The position numbers and the translations under genes are program-made. Under the pieces are notes generated by a model. It saw nothing but the letters and a program-made list of their open reading frames with translations. It was not told the DNA's origin and made no database searches. DNA of 64,000 nt from Squalus acanthias (Eukaryota), in NCBI GenBank assembly GCA_030390025.1, contig JASTWF010000048.1, positions 1,054,001 through 1,118,000 on the forward strand. The letters are read 5' to 3'. Position 1 is the first letter of the stretch, and the number at the start of each line of letters is the position of its first letter. Below, in pieces: positions 11,435 to 23,620 of this stretch.

Positions 11435-14400
11435 ACATAGATACATAGATACATAGAAGATAGGAGCAGGAGTAGGCCATCCGGCCCTTCGAGCCTGCTC
11501 CGCCATTTAATGAGATCATGGCTGATCCTCCAATTCAGTATCCCTTCCCCGACTTCTCTCCGTAACCCTTAACCCCTTTTGCCTGTAGAAATATATCTAA
11601 TTCCCTCTTAAATATATTTAATGAGCTGGCGTACACTGCCCTCTGTGGCAATGAGTTCCACAGGTTCACCACCCTCTGAGTAAAGAAATTCCCCCTCATT
11701 TCTGTCCTAAATGGTTTAGCCCTTATCCTTAAATTATGTCCTCTAGTTCTGTTCTCACCCGCCAAGGGAAACATTCCTTCTGCATCTAGTCTGTCTAGAC
11801 CTGTCAGAATTTTATACACTTCTATGAGGTCCCCTCTCAATCTTCTAAACTCCAGTGTGTACATCCCTAAACTACATAGTCTCTCCTCATAGGTCAATCC
11901 CGCCATTCCTGGTATCAGCCTGGTGAATCGCCGCTGCACCCCCTCCATGGCAAGAACATCTTTCCTCAGATGAGGCGACCAAAACTGTACACAGTACTCG
12001 AGGTGTGGTCTCACCAGTGCCCTGTACAGCTGCAGCAAGGTATCCCTGTTCCTGTATTCCAACCCTTTTGCTATGAAGGCCAGCATACTGTTTGCCTTCT
12101 TGACCGCCTGTTGCACCTGCATGCTCGCCTTCAGTGACTGGTGTACAAGAACACCCAGGTCTCTCTGTACTTCCCCCTCTCCCAATTTATTGCCATTTAA
12201 ATAATAATTTGCCCTCCCGTTCCTGCACCCAAGGTGGATAACTTCGCACTTGTCCACATTATAGTGCATCTGCCATTTATCCGCCCAATCACTCAGTCTG
12301 TCCAAATCGCTCTGGAGCTTCCTGGTCTCCTTCTCTGAGCCCACCCCCCCCCCCCCTCCGAGTTTAGTGTCGTCTGCAAATTTGGAAATGCTGCATCCGA
12401 ATCCCTGATCCAGGTCATTAATGTAAATTGTGAACAGCTGGGGACCCAGGACAGATCCCTGCGGTACCCCACTTGTTACTGCCTGCCATTCAGAAAATGA
12501 GCCGTTTATTCCAACTCTCTGTTTTCTATCTGACAGCCAGTTCTCTATCCACGTCAATACTTTCCCCTTTATCCCATGAGCTTCAATTTTGCATTTTAAT
12601 CTTTTATGTGGGACCTTGTCGAAGGCCTTTTGGAAGTCCAGGTACACCACATCTACTGGCTCTCCCCCATCTATTTTACCAGTTACTCCCTCAAAAAATT
12701 CCAATAGATTAGTCAAGCACGATTTACCCTTTGTAAATCCATGTTGACTCTGTCCTATCCTGTCCCCATTTGCTAAGTGCTCCGCTATTTCATCCTTAAT
12801 GATGGACTCCAGCATTTTGCCCACAACTGATGTAAGGCTTACAGGTCTGCAATTACCTGCTTTTTCCCTACCCCCCTTTTTGAATAGTGGGGTAACGTTA
12901 GCTACCCTCCAATCCATGGGCACTGTTCCCGAGTCTAATGAATTCTGAAAAATCATACTTAGTGCATCCGCTATCTCTAGGGCCACCTCCTTCAGTACCC
13001 TAGGATGCATGTTATCAGGCCCTGGGGATTTGTCCGCCTTCAATCCCTTTAGCTTCCTTAACACCATATCCTTAGAGATATTGATTTGCGTCAGTTCCTC
13101 CTTTGCCAATGTCCCTATTTTTCCCGATATCCCAGGGAGGTTTTTTGTATCTTCCTTCGTAAAGACTGACCAAAAGTATGCATTTAGTTGGTCTGCCATT
13201 TCCTTATTTCCCGTTATATATTCCCCCGTATCTGACTGCAATGGACCAACTTTGGTTTTCACCAGTCTTTTCCTCTTGATGTACTTATAAAAGCTTTTGG
13301 AGTTAGTTTTTATATTTTCCGCCAGCTTGCTTTCGTAAGCTATTTTGCCCCTCTTGATTAAGCCCTTTGTCCTTCTTTGCTCTATCTTAAACTGTTCCCA
13401 ATCTTCCGCTCTGGCGCTTTTTTTGGCTATTTTATACGCCCTATCTTTGGATTTTATGCTGTCTCTAATTTCCCCTGTTATCCACGGTTGAGTCACCTTT
13501 TTAGATTTCCTTTTATGCCAGATTGGTATAAACAATTTTTGCAATTTTGTCATTCTATCTTTAAATGCTTGCCATTGTTTATCTACCTCCAGTCCTCCCA
13601 GGAACGTTGTCCAATCAGACCTACTCAGTTCCCGTCTAATGGCATCATAATTCCCTTTGTTTAAATTCAGGACCTTAGTCTCTGAGTCAATTTCTTCGCT
13701 CTCCATTTCGAGTGAGAAATCGATCATGTTATGATCGCTCTGACCCAAGGGTCCCCGTACAACAAGATTACTAATTAGTCCCTTCTCATTGCACAGTACC
13801 CAGTCCAATATAGCCTGTTCCCGAGTTGGTTCCTCGACATATTGATCCAGATAACCATCCCTTAAACACTCAAGGAATTCCTCCTCCTCATTATTTTTAC
13901 TGATTAGGCTAGTCCAATCTTTATGTAAGTTAAAGTCACCTATGATGACAGCTGTGCTCTTATTGCACGCTTCTCTAATTTCCCTCGTGATGCCCTCCCC
14001 AACCTCTATTTTACTATTTGGAGGCCTATATAACACTCCTATTAATGTTTTTCGCCCCTCGCTATTTCTTAGCTCCACCCATATAGATTCTGTATTAACT
14101 GAGTTAATATCCTTCCTTTCAATTGCATTTATCCCCTCTTTTACCAGCAATGCTACCCCTCCTCCCTTTCTTTTTTGTCGATCCTTCCTAAATACTGAAT
14201 ACCCCTGTATGTTGAGCTCCCAGCCCTGCTCACCCTGCAACCATGTTTCTGTAATCCCAATTAGATCATAATTATTAACCTCTATTTCCACAGCTAATGC
14301 ATCTATCTTGTTCCTGATGCTTCTCGCATTAAGGTATAAAACCCTCAGGCTTTTTTTATGCTCACATTTTTTATGAATTAGTTTGGCCCTTTGTTTTTTG

Positions 14401-14452
14401 TTCCTCACATTTATTTCTGTCTGCCTTTCACTTTCCTCTATTTCACTACATA
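11435..14452 (-). mobile_element. Young 5'-truncated CR1 LINE with uninterrupted ORF2 (APE endonuclease + reverse transcriptase), nested in an older CR1 3' fragment (11190-11434 / 14453-14722)
   Basis: ORF 11535-14540: LNARSIRNK, GITETW, YRPP, GDFN, SDH, QHGF, GVPQGSVLGP, FADD; (acatagat)n tail. The first ~30 aa of the ORF come from the host fragment. Confidence 0.95.
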
Positions 14453-14961
14453 GGTTTCTCCTCATCTCGGTCCCAAATGGCGGACCACTTATTCTGAGAC
14501 TGTGAACCCTGGTTCTTGACTCCCCAGCCAGGGGAAACACTCTCCTTGCATCTACCCTGTCAAGCCCTGTAAGAATTTTTTTTATGTTTCTATGAGATCA
14601 CCTCTCATTCTTCTAAACTCCAGAGAATATAGAACTAGTCTACTCAATCTCTCCTCATAGGACAATCCCACCATCCCAGGAACCAGTCTGGTGAATCTTC
14701 GTTGCACTCCCTCTGTGTAAAAGACTTGGCTTGTCTCGTTTGTTTGTTTTGTTTTGGAAATGAGGGAGGGAGCTTCTCCACGCCAGCCTTTGCCGTACAT
14801 GGACCAGGCCACACCACGAACTGACTGTACAGTGCAGAAATTTTAAAAATTACATTTTGTGTGTGTTTTGAGCTCAAGTGAGGGAGGGAGCTGCACCACG
14901 CCAGCATTTGCTGTACATGGACCAGGCCACAACACACACTGACTATAGAGTGCTGAATTAT

Positions 14962-15680
14962 TTAATGTAATACAGTTCCAAGCTTCATCACCATTTGCGA
15001 GTAGAAGTGTTTCCTATCTTCACTCCTGAAAGGCTTGGTACTAATTTTCAGACTGTGCCCCCTAGTCCTAAATTCCCATACCAGTGAAAATAGTTTCTCA
15101 ATATCTACCCTATCAATTCCCCTGAATATCTTGAAAACTTCGATCGAATCACCCCTTAATCTTCTAAATTCCAGGTAATACAACCATAGTCGGTGTAATA
15201 TTTCCATGTATTTAAACATTGAATTCCGGGTATCATTCTGGTAAACCTACACTGCGCTCCTTCCAAGGCCAATATATCCTTCCTAAGGTGTGGTGCCCAG
15301 AAATGAACACAGTACTCCAGGCGTGGTCTAACCAGGGTTTTGTATAGCTGTAGCATTACTTTTTATTTATTCGGTTACGGAATGTGGGCGTCACTGGCAA
15401 GGCCAGCATGTATTGCCCATCCCTAACTGTCCTTGAGAAGGTGCTGGTAACCAGCCTTCCTGAACCGCTGCAGTCCAAAACTTTGTAGCGGATTGGTGCA
15501 ACTGAGTGGCTTGCTAGGCCGTTTCAGAGGACAGTTCAGATTCAACCACTTTGCAGTGGGTCAGGAGTCACATATAGGCCAGACTGGGTAAAGACTTCTA
15601 ACGCCTTGAATTCTAGTCTTCAAGATATAAAGGTCAACATGCCATTAGCATTTTTTAATTATTTTTTGTATCTGACCACG
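14962..15680 (-). mobile_element. Degenerate CR1 fragment with a nested SINE/LINE tail (~15360-15595)
   Basis: ORFs 14962-15219 and 15156-15356. Confidence 0.75.
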
Positions 15681-15757
15681 TCAAGTTGAAAAGTGTCTGT
15701 GAGAGGGAGAGACAAAAACAGAACAATGCAAATATATAAAATATTGGATGTGCTTAC

Positions 15758-15775
15758 CGTCCGCTTCACAGATGC
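15758..15775 (-). CDS. TRBC: TCR beta constant exon 2, 18-nt hinge exon ((G)ICEAD) with the interchain Cys
   Basis: ttttttatttcttacag|GCATCTGTGAAGCGGACG|gtaag; phase 1-1; same size as mammalian TRBC exon 2. Confidence 0.88.
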
Positions 15776-15939
15776 CTGTAAGAAATAAAAAAATATCAAT
15801 TACTTTAATTATTTGTACATAAAACGAAGTTTCATATCACACCACGAAGATAGGATAAGCTTCTTCAAGCAGAGCGTTGTGCGTTTACATACAAGACAAA
15901 AACGGGTGTAAGTGTAGTAAACAGTGAGGAAGTTAGTAA

Positions 15940-18900
15940 TAGACTTCGAGGACATAGACAGTCTGGTGGAATGAGCAGGCAAATGGCATCTCAAGTTCAA
16001 GGCAGAGAAGTGTGAGGTGATACATTTCGATAGGAAGAATGAGGAGAAACAATGCAAGAACTTAGGAACATAAGAAATAGGAGCTGGAGCAGGCCAATAG
16101 GCCTCTCGACCCTGCTGCGCCATTCAATAAGACCATGGCTGATCTGATCTTGGCCTCAACTCCACTTCCCTGCCCGCTCCACATAACCCTTGATGTCCCT
16201 GTAACTCAAATATATGTCTATCTCTGCCTTGATTATATTCGATGACTCCACCTCCACAGCTCTCTGGGGTAGAGAATTCCAAAGATTCACGACCCTCTGA
16301 GAAGAAATTCCTCCTCATCTCCATTTTAAATGGGCGAACCCTTACCTGAAACTATGCCCCCTAGTTATAGATTCCCCCACGAGGGGAAACATCCTCCCAG
16401 CATTTACCCTGTCAAGCCCCCTCAGAATCTTATAACTTGCAATAAGATCACCTCTCATTCTTCTAAACTCCAATGAGTATAGGCCCAACCTGCTCAAACA
16501 TTCTTCATAAGACCACCCCTTCATCTCAGGAATTAACCTAGTGAACCTTCTCTGACCTGCCTCCAATGCAATGATCACCCTCCTTAAATAAGGAGACCAA
16601 GATTGCACTTAGCACTACAGGTGTGGTCTCACCAGCGCCCTGTACAGTTGTAGCAAGACGCTCCTACTTTTATACTCCATCCCCCTTGCAATAAATACCA
16701 ACATTTATTTGCCTTCCTAATTACTTGCTGTAACTGCATGCGAACTTTTTGTGTTTGATGAACGAGGACCACTAGATCCCACTGTACTGCAGCATTTTGT
16801 AGTCTCTCTCCATTTAAATAATAATTTTTTTTTTTATTTTTCCTACCAAAGTGGATTATCTCACATTTTCCCACATTATACTCCATCTGGCAATTTTTTG
16901 CCCACTCACCTAACCTGTCTATATCCCGTTGCAGACTCTTTGTGTTCTCCTCACAACTTGCTTTCCCACCTATCTTTGTATCATCGGCAAAGTTGGCTAC
17001 AGTACACACGGACCATTCATCCAAGTCATTGATATAGATTGTAAATAATTGAGGTCCCAGCACTGATCGCTGTGGCACCCCACTGGTTAAATGGTGCAAT
17101 TTTAAAGAGAGTGGAAGAACAGAGAAATGGGGGGAGTTTGTGCAGAAATCATTGAAAGTGGTAGGACAGGTTCACGAAGCAGTTCATAAAGCATATGGCT
17201 TTATAAATAGAGGCATCGAGTAAGAAAACCAGGAAGTTATGCGAAACCTATATAAAACATTAGTTCGGCCACAGCTGGAGTATTGTGACCTATTCTGGGC
17301 ACCACACTTTAGGAAGGATGTGAAGGCTTCGAAGATGCTACAGAAGAGATTTACCAGGATAGATCCTGGGAAGAAGGATTACAGCTACATTGGTGGACTG
17401 GAGAAGCTGGGGTTGTTCTCCTCAGAGGACAGAAAGCTAAGAGGACGTTTGATAGAGATGTTGGAAATCATGAAGGGTTTAGATACAGTAAATAAAGAGA
17501 AACGGTTTCCAATGGCTGAAGGGTCGATAACCAGAGGGCCCAGAATTAAGGTGATTGGCAAAATAACCAGAGGCGACACGAGGAAAAACTTTTTTAAGCA
17601 ACGAGTGATTAGGATTTGGAATGCACTGCCTCAAAAGGGCGGTGGCTGCAGATTGAACAGTCGCCTTCAAAATTGAATTGGATAGATACTTTTAGGAGAA
17701 AAACATTGTCGTGATATGGGGAAAGGAGCGGGGAGTGAGAGTAAATGGACAGCTCTTCGAAAGAGCCAATGCAGACTCGATGGGCCGAATGGCCTCCTTC
17801 AGTGTCATTACCTTAAAGTTAGAACGAGGCCATTCAGGTGTGATGTTAGGAAGCACTTCTTCACGCTAAGGGTAGCGCAAGTCTGGAGGTACCTCCCCAA
17901 AAATGTGGGTCAATTGAAAATGTCAAGACTGAGATCGATAATTTTATGAGGGGATAAGGTTATTAACGTTTCCAGAACCAGGGCGGGCAAATGGAGTTAA
18001 AATACCGATCAGCCATTATCGAATTGAGCAGCGGAATATGCGGAATACCCTATTTCCTGTTCCTGTGTTCCCAAACCTCACCTATTATTGAAAAACTGCC
18101 AAGTGCCTGGCGTTGAAACTCTATGACATTTTCAATCGTTTGGGGGCAATAGTAGTGGGAACGGAGCGTCTGTAAACGTCCCTATTAATTATGGCATGAT
18201 CAACCCTTTAATGGCAGATATGTGCGTTTCTGGAAGGTAATTTTTTAATTTAGGCTTCAAACGGGCGAGATCGGATCAGACTTCCTTGGTACGCTCCCTA
18301 GCCGATTTTCCTTCCATTGGCTTCAAGAGAGCAGAAAATCGGGCGGATGAAAAACCGGCGATGCAATACCGATATCGAAACTTTTATGCCCACATTTAAA
18401 ATGGGACGAGCACTCAGCTGGGATATTGCCCGACCTCCTTTACAGAGGAGAGGGTGGGGGTGGGGGATGGGGACAAGTCCAGAAATGTGTGTGCTAATTT
18501 TAACCTAGTCCGCTTGTTGGGGAACCTGATTAGCAAGGCCATAAAAAATGCAAACCAAGAACTACGGTTTATTTCTGGAGGGATAGAATTGAAAAGTAGG
18601 GACGTTATGCTAAACCTGCATCGAACCTTGGTTAGACCACACTTGGAGGACTGGTTGTGGTCGCCATATTATAAAAAGGCACTGGAGAGGGTGCAGAGAA
18701 GATTTGCAAGGATGATACCAGAACTGTGAGGGTAGACATATCGGGAAAGAATGAACAGGCTGGGTCTCTTTTCTCTTGAAAAAAGAAGGCTGAGGGATGA
18801 TCTAATGGAGGTCTTTAAAATCATTAGAGGTTTTGATAGAGTAGATACAGAGAGAATGTTTCCACTTGTGAGGAAGAGCATAACTGGAGGCCATCAATAT

Positions 18901-19190
18901 AAGATAGTCACCAAGAAATCCAACAGGGTATTCAGGAGGAACTTATTTACCCAAAGAGTGGTGAGAATGTGGAACTCGCTACCACAGGCAGTGGTTGAAG
19001 CAAATAGTATTGATGCATTTAAGGGGAGGCTAGACAAACATATGAGAGAGAAGGGAATAGAGGGTTACGCTGATAGATTTAGATGAGGAAAGATGGGAGA
19101 AGGCTCGAGTGGAGCATAAACGCCGGCATGGACGGCTTGGGCCGAATGGCCTGTTTCTGTGCCGTATATCCTATGTAATCCTATGCTGAT
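15940..19190. mobile_element. Cluster of nested CR1 fragments on both strands
   Basis: ORFs 16342-16608, 16629-17099 (FADD), 17239-17676 and 18751-19086. Confidence 0.85.
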
Positions 19191-19365
19191 CGGGTGCAAA
19201 AATACCTTTACACCACCACCCGGTCTTTACTCTGCACTGCAGTCAATAGTGGGCCGGAGCATAAAACCAGTATTGCACTCACCCTGGGGCGAGTTAGGTT
19301 AGAATTACCCCGCCCCCCATGAATGATCCCTGGCGCAGGTGATCCCAGGAACTGAAGAAACTCAC

Positions 19366-19701
19366 CCCTCTTATTGTGCGTTTTGACTTCCTGAGATTTC
19401 TCTTCCCCTTCTGCAGTGTAATGTGTCACTTTGCATGCATACTCATTGCGTCCCCATTCTGCCACGGGCACAGTTATCCTACTGACGACACTGTAGGAGT
19501 GGTCTGTGTCGTTAACCGGCTGGTCGGTCAAGACATTTTTCTCCTCGATCTTCTCCCTGTTCGCAGTCCAGGAGAACTTCACGTAGTCTGGGAAGAAGCC
19601 AGTGGCCAAGCAAACGATGGTGGCTTTCTTCCGTGCTTTAACCTCTTCCTCTGACGGGTCGAAAATGGTCACCGTCGGGTGCGTGACAACTTGACCTGGC
19701 T
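19366..19701 (-). CDS. TRBC: TCR beta constant exon 1, Ig C1 domain
   Basis: EPGQVVTHPTVTIFDPSEEE..KATIVCLATGFFPDYVKFSW..YSVVSRI.V...EW..Y.CKV; cag acceptor, gtgag donor; 336 nt, phase 1-1. Confidence 0.98.
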
Positions 19702-20189
19702 CTGTGGGAGGACAAAGCAAAACCACGTGTTATGATCGGGGGAGGGCTGAGGAATGAATTTCCCCGTGCGTTCGTTCTCCGGCACCGCCACTTTGGCGGA
19801 AAAAGAACATTTGTTTATTCAGCTGTTCTACCTTGAATTGCATCACAGCAAGCGCAATTTATTGGACAGTGATCAGATTGATTTGAGCGCAATGTTAAGG
19901 ATTCGAAAGAGGCTGATTAATGCAAATGCGATTATGAACATTTATTTATTCAACTGTTCATCGCTGGGTTGCAAGAGAGCAATTTCACATCCTCAGGAGT
20001 ATAAATCAACGATGTTGGTAAGGGCAGGCATTATACATACGTGGAACTGTGGCTATTTACTTTAAGATAACAGTCAAGAAATATTGCCAGTGACGCCCTT
20101 ATGTCAAGAATGCGCAAAGCAAAAAATGCAATGCAAAGATACCTTTATAATGTTTGATCGTCCATAAAAAGAAAACAAAATACAATAAA

Positions 20190-21380
20190 TTGTGGAAAGG
20201 CTAGAGAAGCTGGGTTATTCTCCTTGAAGCAGAGAAGGTTAAGGGTGGATTTACCAGAATTATACCAGAAATCAGAGACGTCAGTTACGTGGAGAGACTG
20301 TAGAAGCCGAGGTTTTTCTCCTTAGAGCTGAGAAGGTTAAGGGGGAGATTTACCATAGTCATAGAGTCACAGAGACATAACGGCACAGAAGGAGGCCATT
20401 CGGCCCATCGAGTCCATGTCGGCCCATTTCCCCGCTCTATCCCCGTAGCCCTGCCAGTTTATGTCACTTACTCGGCTATCCAGTCTGCCCTTGAAAACAT
20501 TGAGCGTCTCCGCTTCTACCACTTCCGTCAGCAGTGAGTTCCAGGTCCTCACCACTCGCTGCGTAAAAAAGCTTTTCCTCACATTCCCCCCTGTATCTCT
20601 TGCCCAAAACCTTAAATCTGTGTCCCCTAGTCCTTGTACCATCAACTAGTGGGAACAGCCTTTTCCCGTCTAGCCTATCCAAACACATCATACACCTCTA
20701 TCAACTCACCCCTCAACCTCCTTTGCTCTAATGAAAACAAATCCAGCTTCTCCAACCTGTCCTTGTAGCTAAGATCCCCCATCCCCGGAACCATTCTAGT
20801 AAGTCTCCTCTGCACCATCTCAAGGGCCTTCACATCCTTCCTAAAGTGTGGTGAACAGAACTGGACGCAATGCTCCAGTTGTGGCCTAACCAGCGCTTTA
20901 TAAAGGTTCATCATTACTTCTCTACTTTTGTACTCAATACATCTATTTATTAAACCCAAGATCCCATATGCTTTGCTTACCACGCTCTTAATATGTCCTG
21001 CCACCTTCAGGGACGTATGCACATTAACTCCCTGCACACTCGTTAAAACTGTGCCTTTAAGTGTATATTGCCTCTCCCTGTTCCTTCTACAAAAATGCAT
21101 CCCCTCACACTTCTCTGTATTAAATTCCATCTACCACTTGTCTGCCCATTCTGCTAGCCAGAATGATACCAGAGATGAGGGTCTTCAGTTATGTGGAGAG
21201 GCTGGAGAAGGTTGTTCTCCTTAGAACGAAAAAGGTGAAGGGGAGATTTAACAGAGGTGTTCACAAACATGAAGGGCTTTGGTTGAACGAATAGAGAGGA
21301 AATGTTTCTAGTGGCAGAAGTGCAGATAACCAGAGGACACAGATTTAAAACAATTTAAGAACCAGAGGAGAGATGAGGAG
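20190..21380. mobile_element. CR1 fragments (minus-strand 20355-21150 nested in plus-strand pieces)
   Basis: ORFs 20367-20645 and 20675-21130. Confidence 0.8.
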
Positions 21381-21384
21381 ACAA

Positions 21385-21763
21385 TAGCAAAATACAGCAG
21401 ATGCTGGAAAACTTAAATAACAACAGAAAGCGCTGGAAAAACTTAGCAGGCCAGGCAACATCCGTGGAGAGAGAAACAGTGTTAACGTGTCAGGTCGAAG
21501 ACTCTTCGTCAGAACTGAGAAAAAAGCAGGAAATGAAACAGATGAAGTTGGAGGCTGGGGGAAGGAATAAAAGAACAAAAGGGGAGGTCAGTGAGGAGTA
21601 GAGACATTAAGAGATGCTCAAGGCGAGTCGAGATGGTAATAGGACAGGTTAAGAAACAAAGGATAGCTCAGAAGTGTGAAATGCGCTGGCAGAATAAAAG
21701 ACAGCTGCCATGGGGGAGAGAGGAAAAAAAAAGGATAAGGCACAAACCAAAAGTGTGGATAAA

Positions 21764-21797
<34 letters not shown>
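21385..21797 (-). mobile_element. Penelope-like pseudo-LTR with a mutated hammerhead core, ending at (TA)n
   Basis: Homologous to 22836-23245 and 46860-47025; CTGACGA...GACA instead of GAAA. Confidence 0.7.
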
Positions 21798-21799
<2 letters not shown>

Positions 21800-22129
21800 T
21801 TGTGGCCGAGGTGAATTATTTGACGCAGCGAGTTGTTGTGATCTGGAATGCACTGCCTGAAAGGACGGCAGAAGCAGATTCAATAGCAACTTTCAGAAGT
21901 GAATTGGATAAATATTTGAAGGGAGAAATTTGCAAGGGTCTGAAGAAAGAGCGGTGGGAGTGAGAATAATTGGATAGCTCTTTCAAAGAGCCAACACAGG
22001 CACGACGGGCCGAGTGGCCTCCTGCTGTGCTGTATCATTCTATGCCTTCCCTAAAGAATGAATTTCTGGATGACTTACATTGCGACTGGATTTTTCTCAA
22101 TAAATATATATTTAGTCGAAAACTATTGG

Positions 22130-22545
22130 TTACGGTAGCATGGTGGTTATGTCACTGGAATAGTAATCTGGTCTAAGAGGCCTGGATTAATTATCTTGAA
22201 GACATGAGTTCAAATACTACAGTGGCAGCTGGGGAATTTAACTAATAATAAATCTGGAGTAAAAAGTTACTATCAGTAAAGGTAACCATGAAACTGTCGT
22301 AATAACTCATCTGGTTCACTAATGACCTTCAGGGAAGGAGATCTGCCGTCGTTACCCGGTCTGGCCTATATGTGATTCCAGACCCACAGCAGCGTGGTTG
22401 ACTCTTAACTGCCCCTCAGAAATGGCCAAGCAAGCCCCTCAGTTGTATAAGGCGGCTCACCAACTCCTTCTCGAGGGCAATTAGTGATGGGCAATAAATG
22501 TTGGCCTTGACGGCAACGCCCACATCCCATGAACAAATAAATTTA
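22130..22545 (+). mobile_element. tRNA-derived SINE with LINE-derived 3' tail
   Basis: A-box-like tagcatggtggtta and B-box-like gagttcaaat; tail gggcaataaatg..gcccacatccc. Confidence 0.7.
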
Positions 22546-22835
22546 AAATAAAAATGATTTTTGATTAACTAGCCACTTTAATCCTGTTCTGAGACTTCAA
22601 TGTAAAAGTACTTGCGGGGGTTAAATCAGACCTGCCCAGACAGAACTATCTCAATCGGGTGAATGCAGAATCAAAACGTATCCCATCACAAAGCAATCTG
22701 CTGAGTTCAAGAGAAATCGCCAAATCTGCACCGCAAATTAGCAGGGTTATATTGGCTTTGGAAGGACTGCAACGCTGATTCACCAGAATGTTACCAGGGT
22801 TCCAACAACAGCAACAGGTTGTAATTGTATAGGAT

Positions 22836-23620
22836 AGCAAAATACTGCAGATGCTGGAAGATTGAAACAACAACAGAAAACGCTGGAAAAACTCAGCAGG
22901 CCAAGCAACATCCGTGGAGAGAGAAACAGAGTTAACGTTTCAGGTCGAAGACCTTTTGTCAGAACTGAGAAAAATGCAGGAAATGAAAAAGATAAAAAAG
23001 CAAGTGGGAGGCAGGTTGAGGAAAAAAAGGAACAAAAGGGGTGGTGTATGATAAGTAGAGACATTAAGACATGCCCAAGGCAACAAGAGATGGTAACAGG
23101 ACAGGTTAAGAAACAAAAGATGGCTCAGAAGTGTTAAGTGTGAAATGCTGGCAGAATGAAAGACAGCTGCCGTGGGGGAGCGAGAGAAAAGAAAGGGAAA
23201 AGGCACAAACCAAAAGGAGGGATAATATATATATATATATATATTTGTATGGTAGGGGCCGAGGATATGATCTGAAATTGTTGAACTCGATATTGAGTAT
23301 GGAAGGCTGTAAAGTGTCTAATCGGAAGATGAGGTGCTGTTCCTCGAGCTGACGCTGAGCTTCCGTGGAAAAAATGCAAGAGGCCGAGGACGGTGAGGTC
23401 TGAGTGGGTGGGAGCGGTGAATTAAAGTTACAAGCGACCGGAAGCTCGGGGTCACCCTTACCGACTGACCGGAGGTGTTCCGCAAAGCGGTCACACAAGC
23501 TGCGTTTGGTCTCCCCAATGTAGAGGAGACCGCATCGTGAGCAGCGAATACAGTATACTAGATTGCAAGAAGTACAAGGTAATCGCTGATTCACCTGGAA
23601 GGGGTGTTTGGAGCCCTGGA
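22836..23620 (-). mobile_element. Penelope-like element 3' fragment (GIY-YIG endonuclease + pseudo-LTR)
   Basis: NLVYCIRCSRCGLLYIGETKRSL..RFAEH in ORF 23106-23594. Confidence 0.9.

Noticed and set aside
14453-14540. N-terminus of the 1001-aa ORF as a novel fusion protein
   Set aside because: Chance in-frame read-through from the older CR1 fragment into which the young CR1 inserted
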